Below, in pieces: positions 1 to 14,770 of a stretch of 64,000 bases of DNA. How positions within the stretch are numbered: the stretch's first letter is position 1; each line of letters opens with the position of its first letter. The notes below the pieces were generated by a model that saw only the letters and a list, made by a program, of their open reading frames with translations, searched no databases and was not told where the DNA came from. Source of the DNA: Ophelia neglecta. Lineage: Eukaryota. Position numbers and translations under genes: made by a program. The stretch is taken from positions 46,190,001 to 46,254,000 of the forward strand of contig OZ260663.1 in assembly GCA_965285935.1 (NCBI GenBank). The letters are read 5' to 3'.

Positions 1-2589
1 CCAAAAAGAAACCAAAAGGCTGAATCATGTATCATTTGCCACATTTTTTTTTTCTAAGAAATTTGTTGCTTCCACTTTTTTCTAACGTCCTGGAAGAAGT
101 AATTAGTTTTCAGGAAGAAACCCTTGCAACTTTCAAAACGTCCACGAAAGAGGTAGGGGTTTGACTCCCATGTTTCTATGTTTCTATATGACCTATCAGA
201 GAAGATTTTCGATATCGTTCATTCTGTTCAAGTAAAGTATTTTAAATAAACCTATTATTAAATATACGATAAAACGATAAATACGTATTATGCATTTATT
301 ATTTTCAATCGTTCACTATAATATTTAAATCGACCATTCAAATTTCTACATCAGAATCAGCCCGAATTGACAGAGATGTGTTGTATTTTTTGTATTCCAG
401 AGAGATTCCATAGCCCATTTAGGACAATTATTCTATTATAAGTCAGTAGGCAATTGAGAATGCAAACTGCCATACTTATAAATGGTTTTATTGGTCGGAG
501 CCCATATATCAACATATTTATAGAAATTTGTTAGGGGAATGAATAGCAATCAGAAAAAGTGCACTTGTAATGAAAGAGCCATGACCATAAAGCCTTCTGC
601 CTACCTTAAAACAATTTATTTCAGCACAATTCATAGCTATCTTTTTGACCTCACCCTCCTGGATTTCACATTGAATATCTCCATAATCCCGGCCTCATGT
701 GTAGGTTTGCGTTAGGCATCACTGAAAAGAAGAGGGCTATCAAAATATCCAATTTCTTTTTTTTCTGTCTGCAATTTCTCTACAAGCTCCAGCTCAGTGA
801 CAGTTAAAAAGCCCTGACTACTTATCCCCTCCTTCAAATGACGAAGACATAAAAGAATAGATATGCAGAAAATCAACTTTACATGACTGACAAGTTGGGT
901 TTATTTTCATCAATATGCTGAAAGCTGAATTCCCAATCTGATTCATGGAATCATCTGCGACCAGACTCAATAAAAAGAGCTTTGAGTAGTATGAGGTGAT
1001 AATTTAAGAAAATTTTTGGTATTATGTCAATATTGGGTTCTTTCAGTCAAAAAACTACTTCATTTACACCTGCTCCGTACGGGCAGCTGAAATGTTAGTA
1101 GCGTTTTGTGGAATAGAGACATTATATTTAAGTAGTATTAATAGGGTTTTGTCGTAGAAAGTGGTGTGGAGTTGTATTGTAGAGTATGTGGTTTAGATAT
1201 CCACCATTTTATCGTATACTGCCAGAAGTACTACTGACGTGATATTTCCTTTTCCGGAGCCTGGCTGTTATCTATCCTCATTCCGCCGGATGTTCGACAT
1301 TCCGTAGGCTATACTTCTTCTTAAAACGGCCTGAATCCACAATACAGCAAATGAATTTAGTTGTTATAATTTACGGTAAAAACCTACTTTGCGATTTAAT
1401 AATAAGGGACATCGTATATGGCCCAGGCTTCTCACACCATTGGTAATTTCTGTCCTACATGCTAGCTCAATTGCTCTTGAAGCCAATTCCCGGGACTTTT
1501 CAGTTACTTGCAAGGGGTCATACAGTTAATATGCAAGGGGACATATTAAAAAATCATCAGTCTAAAAAATCAACAATCTAAACGAAGTTAATTGGTCATA
1601 TGCAATCCATCAATACCCCTTTTTCTTGACTTGTACCTCACTGTTCAATTTTAAACACGTAATCGTTAGAAAGCAAAATTTTGTGATTTCTTAATAAACG
1701 AAAGAAAGGTGTTAGTCGGTGCCATATTTGGTTGGTAAGCCGCTGTCATCTTTGGCAAGGTATACATATGTAGGCCTAACACGATTTGGAACAAATGAAG
1801 CATTGTACAGGTTGTAGGCCTATACCTATATCTGTGTGTTGTCCCAGCATTAAGTTCTATAAGGATATGTCCCGCATTCGGCTGTAAAAATTGTAAGACA
1901 CAAGTGTGCTTTTTTGTAGAAATCATCAAAAGGAAATTGAAAAGAGCTTCTTGCTATATATTTCCGCCAGCATAGTAAAGATAACTTACCACTTTTAAAC
2001 CATACCTGTAAAAACTAGTCACTATAATAAAGAATCAATCAATCATCAAACAAATCCTCTAAGAAGTGTGTTGTCATGTGCTTTACCGAGGGGAAAGCAA
2101 ATTTAGTCATCTTTTTTATGTTTGGGCTAACTAATTCTGAGAAGTATTTATTCTCTGGTTATATAAGAATTCTAGAAATATGGAAAGCCTTTGGTTTGAA
2201 CGAAAAGCTAGATCTATGTCACTCTCGACTTCGCTTGCGACGCTCCGAATATGTTTCCGCGCAATTTATTCAAAAATAATTGCTCCTCTTTCTTGAGCGA
2301 TGACAGATTCCGATCTTTTTTGGACACCTGCCTGTCTGTCAGCGCAGATATGTCTCCACTCCTGCTGCAGAGGGTTTTTCTGGCAATTTGTTCAGAAAAA
2401 AGGGCACCTTTGCTTTGATGAGCGATGTAGAAGACTATTTATTGAGGGCACCTGGCTATCTGCCATCGCAGTTCATCTATAACAGTCATTCATAAGAATA
2501 ATGGGTGAGTGAAACATCCCCATGAGGAGTTTTCATGTATTTTCCAGATTCATCTTCAGAAGAGGGTGCAAGAACGCGGAACAATGCCT

Positions 2590-2616
2590 TGTGGAAGGTG
2601 TGGAAGGTGTGGAAGG
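2590..2616. repeat. 9-bp tandem repeat (TGTGGAAGG)x3
   Basis: Read directly: tgtggaagg tgtggaagg tgtggaagg. Confidence 0.9.
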
Positions 2617-5600
2617 CCAAAGTTACTCATTCTTTACATGGGTCTTTGTATATACTAATTACCCCGACACTCTTTAACAAGGCTTTAATTTTCGACTATC
2701 AATAATCAAATATCTTGTCATGTTTTAAACAGCTTGTCACATCGTTCGTTTTTGAAATAGGACAATTATTGGCCATGTCGCCCTGTCATTTCTTTCGGGT
2801 TTTATCCATGTAATAGCAGCCAAGTTGTGGAGCCAGGATTCCTCGGGGGTTTCCTTTGAGATGGCCCCCTTTGAGTTTTATCTTGAGGATGAAGTTATAG
2901 GAGTTTTGCCCACTCCAGTTTGGGACACCCAATTGATGACCTTAGCAAATGATCACGTGACCTTCTATCATTTACAAAATTATTCTCGGGTTGTACACTG
3001 ACAATGTATATTTTAATTCAAACATTTTGACAATATATTTGTACGATACTTTGGAGAAAGCATTTCGTGCTGTACCAACGGAAAATATTCTTGGCCTAAA
3101 AAAACTTAGTTTTTGGTTTAGCATGGAGAGATCATGCAAAGCGAATTGTTTTGAAATAAATGTGTTGTCACTACGCTTTTTCAGGCGGGAGCCATAACGC
3201 GCCGATGAACACATAAATATCCACATGTGTCTTTACAATCAAATAATTCCTAATAAACAATACTACTCCGTATCTCAAATTGTTTACAAATTCAAAACTG
3301 TCTAAATATTTACTATTCACACATAATCTGGGCAAACCAGATATGTTTTTCGTCTATAAAGGCGTGGGCAACAAAAAACAAAGCACAGTATGGCAAGCGT
3401 AGGGAAAGATGTGAGGCAGACGCTTGTTTAAAGCGACATCGGTCAAGATCTGTGTTTTTTCTATCGAAAAGGAAAGAAGAAAAAATAAGTAAAACACTTT
3501 TTCGATCGCAGCAGGGCTCATACAATATTAGCTTATATTAAGCAATCAGCTTATAATGGAGTAACGGAAAAAGAACCGCCTCAATTGTAAAAGTTACTGA
3601 GTGTTATCCCTTATAAAAAGGTGAGAATTCTTTTCTGAAGTAGTTTTCCGAATGAGAAGGCGAGAATTCTGAACTGAAGTAGTTTTCCAAATCTTTTAAG
3701 AAATTTCTTACAAACAATATCGGGTGAAAGGCTCTCAATATATTTGTTGTTTTATCATTTGCCATGTCATTTCGTTCACTAAATAAGTAACAATAAGGCC
3801 AATTATTTTTCGAACTACATGTATCTTTTAATATAACATATAAAATGTGATTTATTCATGATCAATTCTTATTTCATTTTTAGGTATGTGCTTTATTTCA
3901 TTGGTCATTGGTGTGCAAACTATTCAATAGTGTAATTCTATATTTCCCACAATACTATTGGAAAGTTGTTCCTTTTAATATTGAAGAATTGAACATCCAC
4001 CCGCTCCTACATATACTGCTAGCTTCTTAATGAATCTTTCTTAAGTCCATAAAAGCAGTACCCCAAGCTTCTTTCAGTCGATAAGCGCACACCTAAAATG
4101 GCGCCATCTTACAGACGATCTACTGACCGTGTGCTAAGTAAGGCCGTCTCTGCCATATTCATATTGATTTGGTTTAAACACATTTTACATATAATAATAT
4201 AAGTTGCAAGCGCAGGTATTAAAGTCCCAAAGTATACAAGAAAGATACAATTGAAATACTATCATGTGCCTCTGGCTTTTTAGTTTATTACCCCCCCCCC
4301 CATCCCCCCCTTCGACAAATCATTCAGAGTTTCATCTCTTGAGGTCTAAACTGAGGCTCCTTAACTTCATTTGCATTGAAAAATATTGACCCACCATGAG
4401 GTGAGCCGGCTTTGTACGTTTATTATCCAAATCACAATAGTGCAGTGTAACAAAACATAAGTTTATTTAGAATCATTTGGCTGTTAGCACTGAAATATTA
4501 TAATTGTAGCCCAACAAGATCAAGTACTGGCAATATGAGCCAGACTAGTCACTCATTAAACATCAGGCTTACAGATCTCTGCCCTACAGTATAGTACTAC
4601 TTTATTCTTCCCTAAGCTACTATAGGCCAAAGCAAAGAATAGCCTCTCTAGATTACAGGACTTAAGCTTGGAGAAAAGTGACTCCAATTAATTTGTTTAG
4701 AACCACATAGTTTCAGATACACCGACACCCTGGTATTCTAATAACTCAGGTTGGATGTCTGTTTAAATAAGTTTTAATGTAGCCCATGCATGATAAACAA
4801 TAAATTGGCTTGGGCGCTCTTTTCTGTAACCTAAGTAGACAGTAAAAGAAATTCCAATCCGAACAGCAATCGTAAATTTTGCCCTTTTGACACAAGTCAT
4901 TTTGAGTAACCAGTCATATTGTGTTGGCGGTGTAATAAGATTTGCTCACGAGACCAATTCCGTAAAGGAAAACGACTTTCTATACATTCAGCGAAGAATT
5001 CAGACGAGATCTCCCGCTACGAATCCGATTAGCAGGCTCTTCTGGTCCCGTAAATAATGCCCTCTCGTGACCAGACGACACGCGTTTCGCGCCTCCGGCG
5101 TGACAAGTCTCAATCTCGCGAGACCTATTTGTCAGCTAGAGCAATGACAGCTATGAGATTTCCCGCCACCGCATGATTCTCGTGTGGTTTCTGCCGCGGT
5201 GCGCCAATTATCATTTAAAGCCACATTTCCTGCACATTTACCTCTTGTTAAGCAGGTCCATCCACATTGAAAGATCACAACGCAAAAAATTATGTCAGCT
5301 TAATATTATTAAAAGGATATACGCCTAATGTTAGAAGATTATTATTATACTAAAATAAAGTAGGTCTGTGGTCTATTGGCAACCTCTCTTTTTTTAATTT
5401 GGCACCTATCCGGCTATTACCTAGTAAGTTAAGAGATGCTATTTTGTTGTTGTTAAATGAACTCAAACTTAAAGCGTATTTTGAGTGTGAATGCTTTGGA
5501 GTTATTGAGTAGGAATGTGTCACTCCTGCATCCACCAGATGGAGATACTGGCCTGATGTCGAGCAGGGATGAAGAACAGTGGAGGCTTTCCTTATCTTGC

Positions 5601-8600
5601 AGGTCATAGACTCACACATCGTGCATCCTTGCCGAGCATAGGCATAGTTACTAATTCTAGTTTTAGTAGCTTTCGAGTGGCAGTCAGTCCTACACGCAAT
5701 GCAAGGTACGTGTGGATCTGTTTATGTACAGCCAACAATGAATATCTATCGAACCAAAATTAACAGTGAAGCTAGAATCCTCTATCCTTCTAGGCCTTCT
5801 TCGCTGCCTAAACGTGCCATCATTTATTTTTTAAGTAAAATACCGAGCAGTTGGTAATCCGTGGTGGAGATCACTTCTTAACGAAGGCATGAAACAGTGA
5901 TTATTACATTCGCTTTAAATACACGAATAAGGCAAGATTTTTCTCACAAATTACCTCCAGGGATATGGAAGCATATATTTCCTTTGTGTGGTATCGCGTA
6001 TCTTGGAATATCAGGAAAATTCAATTACTATCTGTTTATCCTTAAACACACAAACCCATCTGGTGTTGGCTTTTGAGGAATTTTACAAACCAGTGGATCC
6101 ATTGGAACAAACTGAACTGTCAAGATTGTTCTTTTACCTGGCTGTCCACCCCCACGGGGGACACACAAAACATTCACCGTCTCCACTACACGGGGTTCCT
6201 CTATTATTTTCATAATAATCATCTGTGCTCAGCACCCTTTAGGTGTTCATTTCTCGCCGAATTATATTGGCTAATTTGCCAAGCCCCTTGCACACGGGTG
6301 GTCTTTGGCTTCCCTTTCACATAATTTGGTACTTGAAATTCTGGATACTTTTGACTGGGCTTTAATTTTTCAGGTGGTGCCCATATCTCATGATAAAAGG
6401 CCTCCTGACAAACTTGAAGTGGGTTCATTCAATAGTATCACTATCCCTATAGATCTCAGGCATAGTTCATTTGATCTCCTTATCTGTGCTCCAATGGCCG
6501 TTTTGTTTGACTTCGTGCCCGGGTCTCTTCCTTTTAATAATTCACCAACATGTTTATATTGTCAATAAAGGGAATGTGATAAATACATTTTAAATAAAAG
6601 ATTACATCTCAGGTTAACTCAATATTACATCTGGGCTTTAGATATGTGCGTATTTTAAACACAAAAAAACAACAACATACAAATCGTCTTATCATGTCAG
6701 GAGATCTAGTCATACATTTTTTAACCAGCACTTATGTTTTTAACTAAAAGATACATAGCAACATAAGCCCAAATTATCATAATTACTTGCTATTACTAGA
6801 TCCAGCTATGGCCATTAATTCATGCATAATCAGGACATACCTTATTTATTAACATGGACCATGTTGGAGTCTCCCTGATTTTTTAAAAGCGATGTAGTTG
6901 CCTATTAAGCCTACAAGGCCAACCGCTCGACATATATTTTAATAGCTTAAAACCTGGTAAACGCATATAATTGTGTTATCAGCTTATTTTTTAAACAGCA
7001 TTTTATATGCAATGACTTTCATTTAGGTCAAGATATGTACAGTTAATTGTTAATACTTGTCAATTGTCCAGTCCAGACTAAGAGGTTTGAATAAAGGCAG
7101 TTCTCCAGTCTCTATAGTCTAGTTTGCCGTAACAGTCGAGCATGTCTTTTGGGCATTTTAAAATGAAAGTGGAGTTAAAATACAATCATTGTTTGATTCA
7201 TGTGCCTAATGTTTCAGAATTATTTGTACTCCCCAAATAGGTCCCCGGTTTAACCACTTGAAGCAGGAAACATCATTTCAATTCCATTAATAGATTCCTA
7301 AGAAGTAAGCATTCATTCTTTTATTGACATTTCCTAGTAGCCTGTCAATTCTAATTTGGAGTCAATTTTCATTTGCATGCAAGTTGAATGTGAACATTGG
7401 AAAAGAGGAGCTTTTTTCATTGGAATAGGCATACATGTATACAGCGTCTGTGTTTTACAATATAGATAGATTATAGAAGCTAAACCATTGCACAGTATTG
7501 TAAAATATGTCATTCGTGTTCAATCTTAAAACTCGTTGTCCATAGGCTTACGTTTATTTGAATGTCCATCTTCAAACTCCCATTCGCGTATTATTAAAAT
7601 GATCACTTCGTAAAGTCTGTAATACATAATTTACTGAAACTCTGCTTACGTCGTAAAAGATAATGTGGAGTTTCTGGATTGGAATCAGATTTGAAACATA
7701 GAAAGTACATTTTCAATGATGGACCAAAAAAATTAACATATTGTTAGAATATATCCTCCTAAGAAGGTGTCAGTGGCAGTTACTTTGTGTACATAAGGCG
7801 AGGGCAGACCATTCTGCCGGTTCCCCAATTTGGAAGCGTTGCCACTTTGTATGTCCGTGACAGATTCTCATTTTTCTCGTCAGTTTTGATATTTCAGAAG
7901 CCTCACATTCGTGCCGTCTGTCTGATGTTCTCTTTATGTTCATTTTTCACTTGGCCAAGGGCTAATATTCTTAGTACCCTAAAACCGCGTTCTGTCAGAA
8001 GAATCTCGACAATGTATGCGTATTCTGTCAAATCGCAGAAATTAGGCTTGTGTGATCATGGGTTTGTCATATTTCATATTGTTTGCTGCTTTCAAGATGT
8101 CAAAAAGCGGCGTTATCGCGGACAGGCAACCGACCGCTTTGTGCCTTTTCACGACATTGGTACAGATTTCCTCTGCCGAACAAATCGGATCGGCTTTTAT
8201 CTTGGTGTTGCATGTGCCTAATTAATCATTGCTGTCGTTTATGGTCGGTATGTGATTGCTCTTTAAACGCCTCTGAATGAATCAATGCTTGGCAAAATTA
8301 CACAAATCGGAGTGCGGCGAAAATTAGACGTGAGTCGGATGTCGTTTGACTACTGTTTGGGGTTGAAATGTTTGCCGATTGTAAACAGGAGTGTGGTAGG
8401 CCTTGAAATATGAGCGTACTGGTCGCCAGCATCCAGAACATATTAGGAACACCCAAAACGACGTGGCTGACTTCCAAAGTGTATTCCTAAAAAGCAGACG
8501 ACCTTATTTTGGGAGTGCCAACTGTCAGTTGTTTGCCCTGCAAACAATGACAGAGGGCATTTTGAATGCTCTAAGTCTTGATTTAAAATCATCTGAAGGT

Positions 8601-11600
8601 GTGGATTACGCTACAAACGTGGCGCTCTTTGTGGGGTTCGTGTTCTCAAATTATTAACGGCAAACACCTCGAGCTTATTAATACTTTTTGTATGGCGGTA
8701 AAGTGAAAAATATTAGTTTTAATAATTCCTTTAATGTGCACTTCCAAAGTGAATTAGCTGATGTAAAGGGGTGTTGTCATGGGATATTGGTGATGACGGG
8801 AATTTAATCACATCTGATCGCCCTCTGACCATGTTGCCTTAACCTTTATTCTATTACATTTCATAGTTCACAGGTTGTAGTGAATACTTTATACGTTCAG
8901 TTGTGTAACCAATTATTTGATTCAATATTTGGATTTTCGTTATCAAATAACACACCTACAAGCTTTTTACAGTGAACACAACCGCAAATGTATCATGGGT
9001 CATCATGCAACACAACAAAACAACTGACAAAGAAATTCATTTTCTTATTTCAGTATATTCGAACAGTACAAAATGTTCCCGTGTAGGGTGTTCCTAAATA
9101 CTTTTCAAAGGCGACCTCCCATTCCTTTTTTTGTATTCGTAACTTGTCTTAGCAATAGAACAATTTTGTTCTTCAATTTCGCTATCGTTTCACTCGTGTT
9201 AGCTACTTGTCAGTCTATTAGTAGGTCTATCCTTGCAAAAGATGCAAACTTTTCAGAAGTTTGGCTCTCCAGAATACATCTTACTGAAGACATATGTGCC
9301 CTCTATAGAGGACTATTGTATTTGAATAGGTATGGTTATTTAAGCAACTCAACGTAATTACTGGTAATGTTTATAAAATGCAGGCTTTCAGTTTAAAACT
9401 GCAGTTGGCAAGATAGATAATATCAAGCCATCGAGAGCCATCAAACGTCTCGAGAGTGCTCGCAGAAAAGGAATCTTCATACCGTTTGAGCGAAAAACAC
9501 AGACACATAGATTCTGCTATTATCTAGCCTCAAAAGAACACTATTTTAAATAAATCTGATAACGGATGGCGGGATAAGCTAATTTCAGAAAAAAAATTAA
9601 ATTGAACCACAAACATGGATTTCCCCGAACGGACAAAATTGGAAATATTTCTGCGTTCCTCGGGTGCAGTGAGTATGTGTCCGTCTCCTGATTTAACCCA
9701 GGGGATGGCAGCGAAGCGCGGCTGACCGACCACCTGTCATTTTTGCACCGAACAGCAATAACCTCATCACCATAAATAAAACAGCACCAACGGAACCATC
9801 ACCAGCAGGCTTAAAATTAAACTGTTATTGTAAAAACAAAATATTCTCACCCCGGCTGGTGCTTTGGTACGGCAGGGAAAGTTCGTGTAAAATTAAATTA
9901 TATTGAAGTGAGATGAATATGATATAATACTTGTACTATATATACACAGACAATTTCTGTACCTTGTTTAGCAGGCTTATCATTATGCTGTTTTTCAAAG
10001 GTCTAGGTCTATATCTTAAGATATAAAAACATGAATTGAGGAAAACCCTTGAGGTTTAAGTCAACTCGGAAATGAATTTATCTACATGCGTGCGCATGCA
10101 AATAGAGGCATATGCGCGTCACATAGATTTTGCAACTATTCCATCGGGTTAGAAGTCCCTAGTTAGGGGAGATCTGATATCTTGATTGGGGCCAGATGGT
10201 GCCTAAGTGGGAGCCATATTGTTCTCCAGTGACTTGCTTTTCTATTCCTGTGACCAAAGACTACTCTCACTGAGTATTATTGACAAGAAGAAGATATTGG
10301 TCAAGTCCGGTGTTGTCGGCAGGCTCGCCTGGCACTACCATCAAAGCCTCTCAGTAGAGCATGGGGCGGTCGGTCCTCGACCACGCCGAGCCGCAGTCTT
10401 TTGATAGGAGAGTTTTTGACCCTCCCTTTTCATATTTTGCCTTTGCAGATTAGCATTTTATCGATAAATCTCTGCGAGCAGAATTTTTTATTAGCGTTAT
10501 AGACTTTAAGCCATAATATGAATAGAGCAGAAACCACCCACTTAATACCCTCTTCAAATGAAAGACACTACAAGAGTCATTTTCATTCCCTAAATGGGGA
10601 TTTGAGATGCAAGGGGCTTTGTACGCCCAAAACATCTAGGCACTGCAAGACCAGAACATAGACTAGTTTTAAATGGCCCTTAAACCAAAAAGCAAGACAT
10701 TATACAATGCGCCAAAAAGCATAAATCGACCTGTTTGTTTTATATTGTGTATAACTGGTGAAATGGCTGTATACTTGCCTCTTTTTATAAACCTTTAATA
10801 GGAGCATTGAATCGAGGAAATTACCATGTGCCCCCAGATTGTTCTTTTTAATGTTTTCCGGGACCTAGGCTTTCTGTTCACAGGACTTTCTAAATCCGGA
10901 CTTCATCATCTACGCGCTGAATTGTTGTACCAAAACAAATGGTATATAGTGCGTAATTAATTTAGAAAGGTACCAAGTCCTCCTGCAAAGTGGTTTTGCG
11001 ATTAAATAGGACAACTTTACCTTTGGCATGAGCAGCACTCAATGTGGTTAGCAATGATAGATAAACATTCTTTGAATAATGTATTTAAGCAAATGATAGA
11101 CCCATCCAATATCATTTGCATAAAAAAATCGCAATAAAATTGATAGACAATTTTCCGAAGACTGGAGGAAAAATCAAAACAATTCCTGCACTAATTTTAA
11201 GATAATGGTAAAGGCTACCAGTTGAGACCATTTCCAACATATGTCTGAAGGCACATACATTTTACATATTTCAAACAGGGTCTAGACTCTATATGATAAT
11301 AATTATTGCAAGCCTTTAAAGCCTATTCACAGATCCGCCACCAACCACTTAGTATTCAAATACACGGCAAATATTCATCGTTTATCCTTAAAGGTAGGGA
11401 AATGACTTGTCACCATCCATTGTGAGATGAAAATTGCACTCAGAAGAGCATTGAATAATTATTACACAGTTTGGCCAGTTAAATGAAGCAATTGGATACT
11501 TTTATCTTGAAGAGGGCATTGTATGAAAAAGTGGTGATTTCAGCTGGCGCGGCTAATCGGCGTCAAAAGGAACGACTGGCGAGGCAGGGAGATGTGTCCT

Positions 11601-14592
11601 TGTCACCCACCTATTAATTCTCTGCTATTGTCTAAGTGGTGAAAAGTCACCTCTGATCGCCCATATGCTTCGTAGTTTAATGGCAAACTTCCTTCTTTTG
11701 GAGACCTCTAGCCATGTAATATCTGCATGTATTAGCATATATAAACCTACAAAAATTGATTGGCCTAGATGAAATGTATAAGGCGTTATTGGCCCACTAC
11801 AGTCTGTCAAGTGTGCTTGGGTCGTATTATTTATCTGATGGTATTAATCGGAATAATGTAGAGTTAACCTCCATTTGGAAAGATATATACTGTGAAAGAT
11901 ATGTACTGTGAAAACGGACTACATGTATACAAGTATATAGTGTGTCTCAACATTCTAGGTGTAAACCAATATCAAAATTCGCTGAAAGGGCATGTTTCTG
12001 GTGTAGTGACAAACAAGAAAAAATCTCAGTTAGCCTATATCAGAATTGCGTGTAGCAATTTTAGTTAAATGCATATTGACCATAGTATGTAGGCATTTGA
12101 ATAATTTTATTTGGTTTGATCGAATGTGTAATCAGCCCATATCATTTACGCTTTTCTCGTTAATTTGCCTCCCAGGATGTCCTGCTACGAAGCATGTTCG
12201 TCCTGGGTACACCTCGACGATAAAGAGGCATTCTTGCTGTAAATCCATACATGTGTAGTTGCCATTATGGTCGGAGTGTTTCAGCCAAAACCTTGGATTT
12301 GAAAATAAAATAGACGCAAGGCCTATTTCAATGATTATTTGCTGAAGAAAAAAAGGATACTGTCACGAAAGTCTTTCTTCGGAATCGGTGTCGGGCACTT
12401 GCAGAAGAAATAGCTAAGTTCGATTTGGTGAAACCCTTCGAGAAAGATTAATGTAATAGGTATTCTCTGTTCACTACAGGCATAGACCACTCTACGTTGT
12501 ATTAATGTTGGGAGGACAAACACTCGAGTTAAGATGTATACAGCTGATGAGACAAGAACAAATGCTGAACGGCTTAAGACTCAAGTCTGGAGTAAGAAAG
12601 TGCAAACTACTATATATGATGGAGGGGATGACGGATGTATCGATGTCTCCGATAACAAGAAAGGCGGCCCAATCGCCATTGATTAAAGACAACATTGAGC
12701 AGAGCCCTTGTCTGCTGGAGCGCCGAGAGGGCTGATTTAGTGTCGACCCTGACAAGGCGATATTAACTCGGCAGTTGGGGCTTTGTACGGCGATTTATCA
12801 TGTTTCGGGGTTGTTACCACCGTGTCACTTGGGGGACGAGGTGGGTAGTCCGGACGACATTGAGAGATGTTGGCTCGCCTCGCTAGCTGAGACCCACGGA
12901 CACATCGGCCTCTATCGCAGCATCTCTGCCGCTGGGGGCATCGATCCGCTAAACCCTCGCTCCCCACAACAAATGAAACCGTTTAATTAATGATGTACGG
13001 CAAAAAGGTTAGCTAACAGGTTCACTGCCGCCGGTTTGAGATTGACAGCTAATATAGTAAAGCTAGCCCGGTTCACATAACCCATCTCGACCGCCAATAT
13101 CCCCGATATCTAATAAGGCAGGGACGTAGACATAATACTGCTTAAAGTGTGGCGGCGGCCCTAACCTACGCAACCCCCAACTCGACCGAAAGATGAACAA
13201 GATTGGCGAGCCGAGCTTTGTCGTAAACACCGAGGCCTGTTATTCGCTGTTTCCTCCCCAGTTACGACAGGTTTGATCCTCCTTTTTTTGATCAATGGTG
13301 GGTTGGCTGGCTTCTCTCCATGTCTATAGGGCTGTGCAGTGTTCTGTTCTTTAGAATTTTCACTGTGGAGCTGAGCGAGTCTAGCATCTTTCGCGCATAA
13401 AAGTGCCCATTACATTTACACCCTGTGTTTTAACCAAAAGGCCTAATTATTTAGGCCGATACGAGAAATGGTGCTTATTGCGATATAAAAAGAACTACTT
13501 GTTTTATATTATAATTAATTATCTAACAATGTATGAACCACACAACAATGTGAATATCATATTCGTCTTGACAGACCCCTACACTAGGTGCTTATATTTC
13601 CCCCCTTTAAGCTAGAATTATGTATTTCCTAACGTTGAAGTTATGCTTTCCAAAGATATGAAGTCTCTTAAATATAGTTATAGAAGTACTGTGATGGATT
13701 AATGTTTATATTTGTATAGTAACAAAAGTTAAATCTAAACATAAATTCCAAAAGGGTTCTGACAAATAAATCATAAATTAGGGCCCTAGCCTCTGGGAGC
13801 AATAGAGCGGCTGCCCCATGGGAAGCTTCTTTTTTTTTGGGGGGGGGGGAGTCTTCTACATTATTGTGTGGTATTTGGTGGGGACTCGGGGGTGTACTGC
13901 CATTCCCCTCCCCCCCCCCCCCCCCCGCAGACATTTGGCCCAGGTTTGGGCCCTGTAAATATCTAGACACCCAGCAGTCGCCTTTTGACCTGTCAAAATG
14001 TAAGTCCCATTGAGGTAAAGCTAATGTCAAACTTTAACAGATTGTTAATCTTTATGTAAATGTACAGGTAACTAAATCAGATTAAATACCTGTGTGAGCG
14101 TGTACATTATTATAGAAATGAATACCTCTGAGAGGCGACCAAGCATGTTTGGTAAACGTGGATGTGCGCTATCTGAATGGAGATGACTTTGGTCAGCTGT
14201 CTATGTGGACATACCCACCCGCTCGAGTTGCAATGACCAATCGGATCAAACGGTCACTACAGGTATCCTTATCAAAAAAAACTTGAGAGGTATTATGTTG
14301 TCATGCTCATGCGAGGAAAATTCTATTTACACCCAAGCGCCCTTGACGATTTCGGAGGAACATATTTAAGTCCGAATTCACATGGATTGCTACGATTAGA
14401 TAAAATAGTTGTCAAATAAGTAATATTCGAAAGGGGTGTCCCTCTTAATTTTACAATATCGCTCCCTGCAGCCATAAAAGGATAAACTGATGATATTGTC
14501 GCCATGCAATCAAGCGTTATTATACTTGAATTATTATTTTCATGAAATATGACTCTTTTGACAGTATAACTCAAATCAGATGCTAACATCTG

Positions 14593-14770
14593 CAGTGAAA
14601 CCTGTGAATTAAGACCACCAACGGTACTTGAAAATATTGGTCTGATGATAGAGATGGTCTGTTTACATAGGTTATTTTCCATTGAAAGTGTATATTATGG
14701 TCTTCATGTAAGCGGTCTGAATTTACAGGTGGTCTCACTATGGAGGTGGTCTTTAAGGCAGGTTTCACTG
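14593..14770. mobile_element. Tc1/mariner-pogo type MITE (~178 bp)
   Basis: Imperfect TIRs CAGTGAAACCTGTGAATTAAGACCACC / GGTGGTCTTTAAGGCAGGTTTCACTG. The right flank is TA and the left flank is TG (likely a mutated TA TSD). Internal reiterated TGGTCT motifs are typical of pogo/Tigger-like MITEs. Confidence 0.8.

Noticed and set aside
7787-8221. 144-aa ORF (and the many other 60-135 aa ORFs in the track)
   Set aside because: Random-looking composition and often non-ATG starts; expected by chance in non-coding DNA.
9779-9802. REST/RE1 site (CAGCACCAACGGAACC)
   Set aside because: Spacing and right half deviate from the RE1 consensus.
10150-10270. Resemblance to RNase P RNA conserved regions, or an HDV-like ribozyme just downstream
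   Set aside because: The P4 pairing and spacing are wrong for RNase P; the HDV fold lacks a J4/2 strand with the catalytic C.
13779-13954. hAT-like MITE (AGGGCCC...GGGCCCTG)
   Set aside because: TIRs are short and degenerate with no 8-bp TSD; too weak to call.
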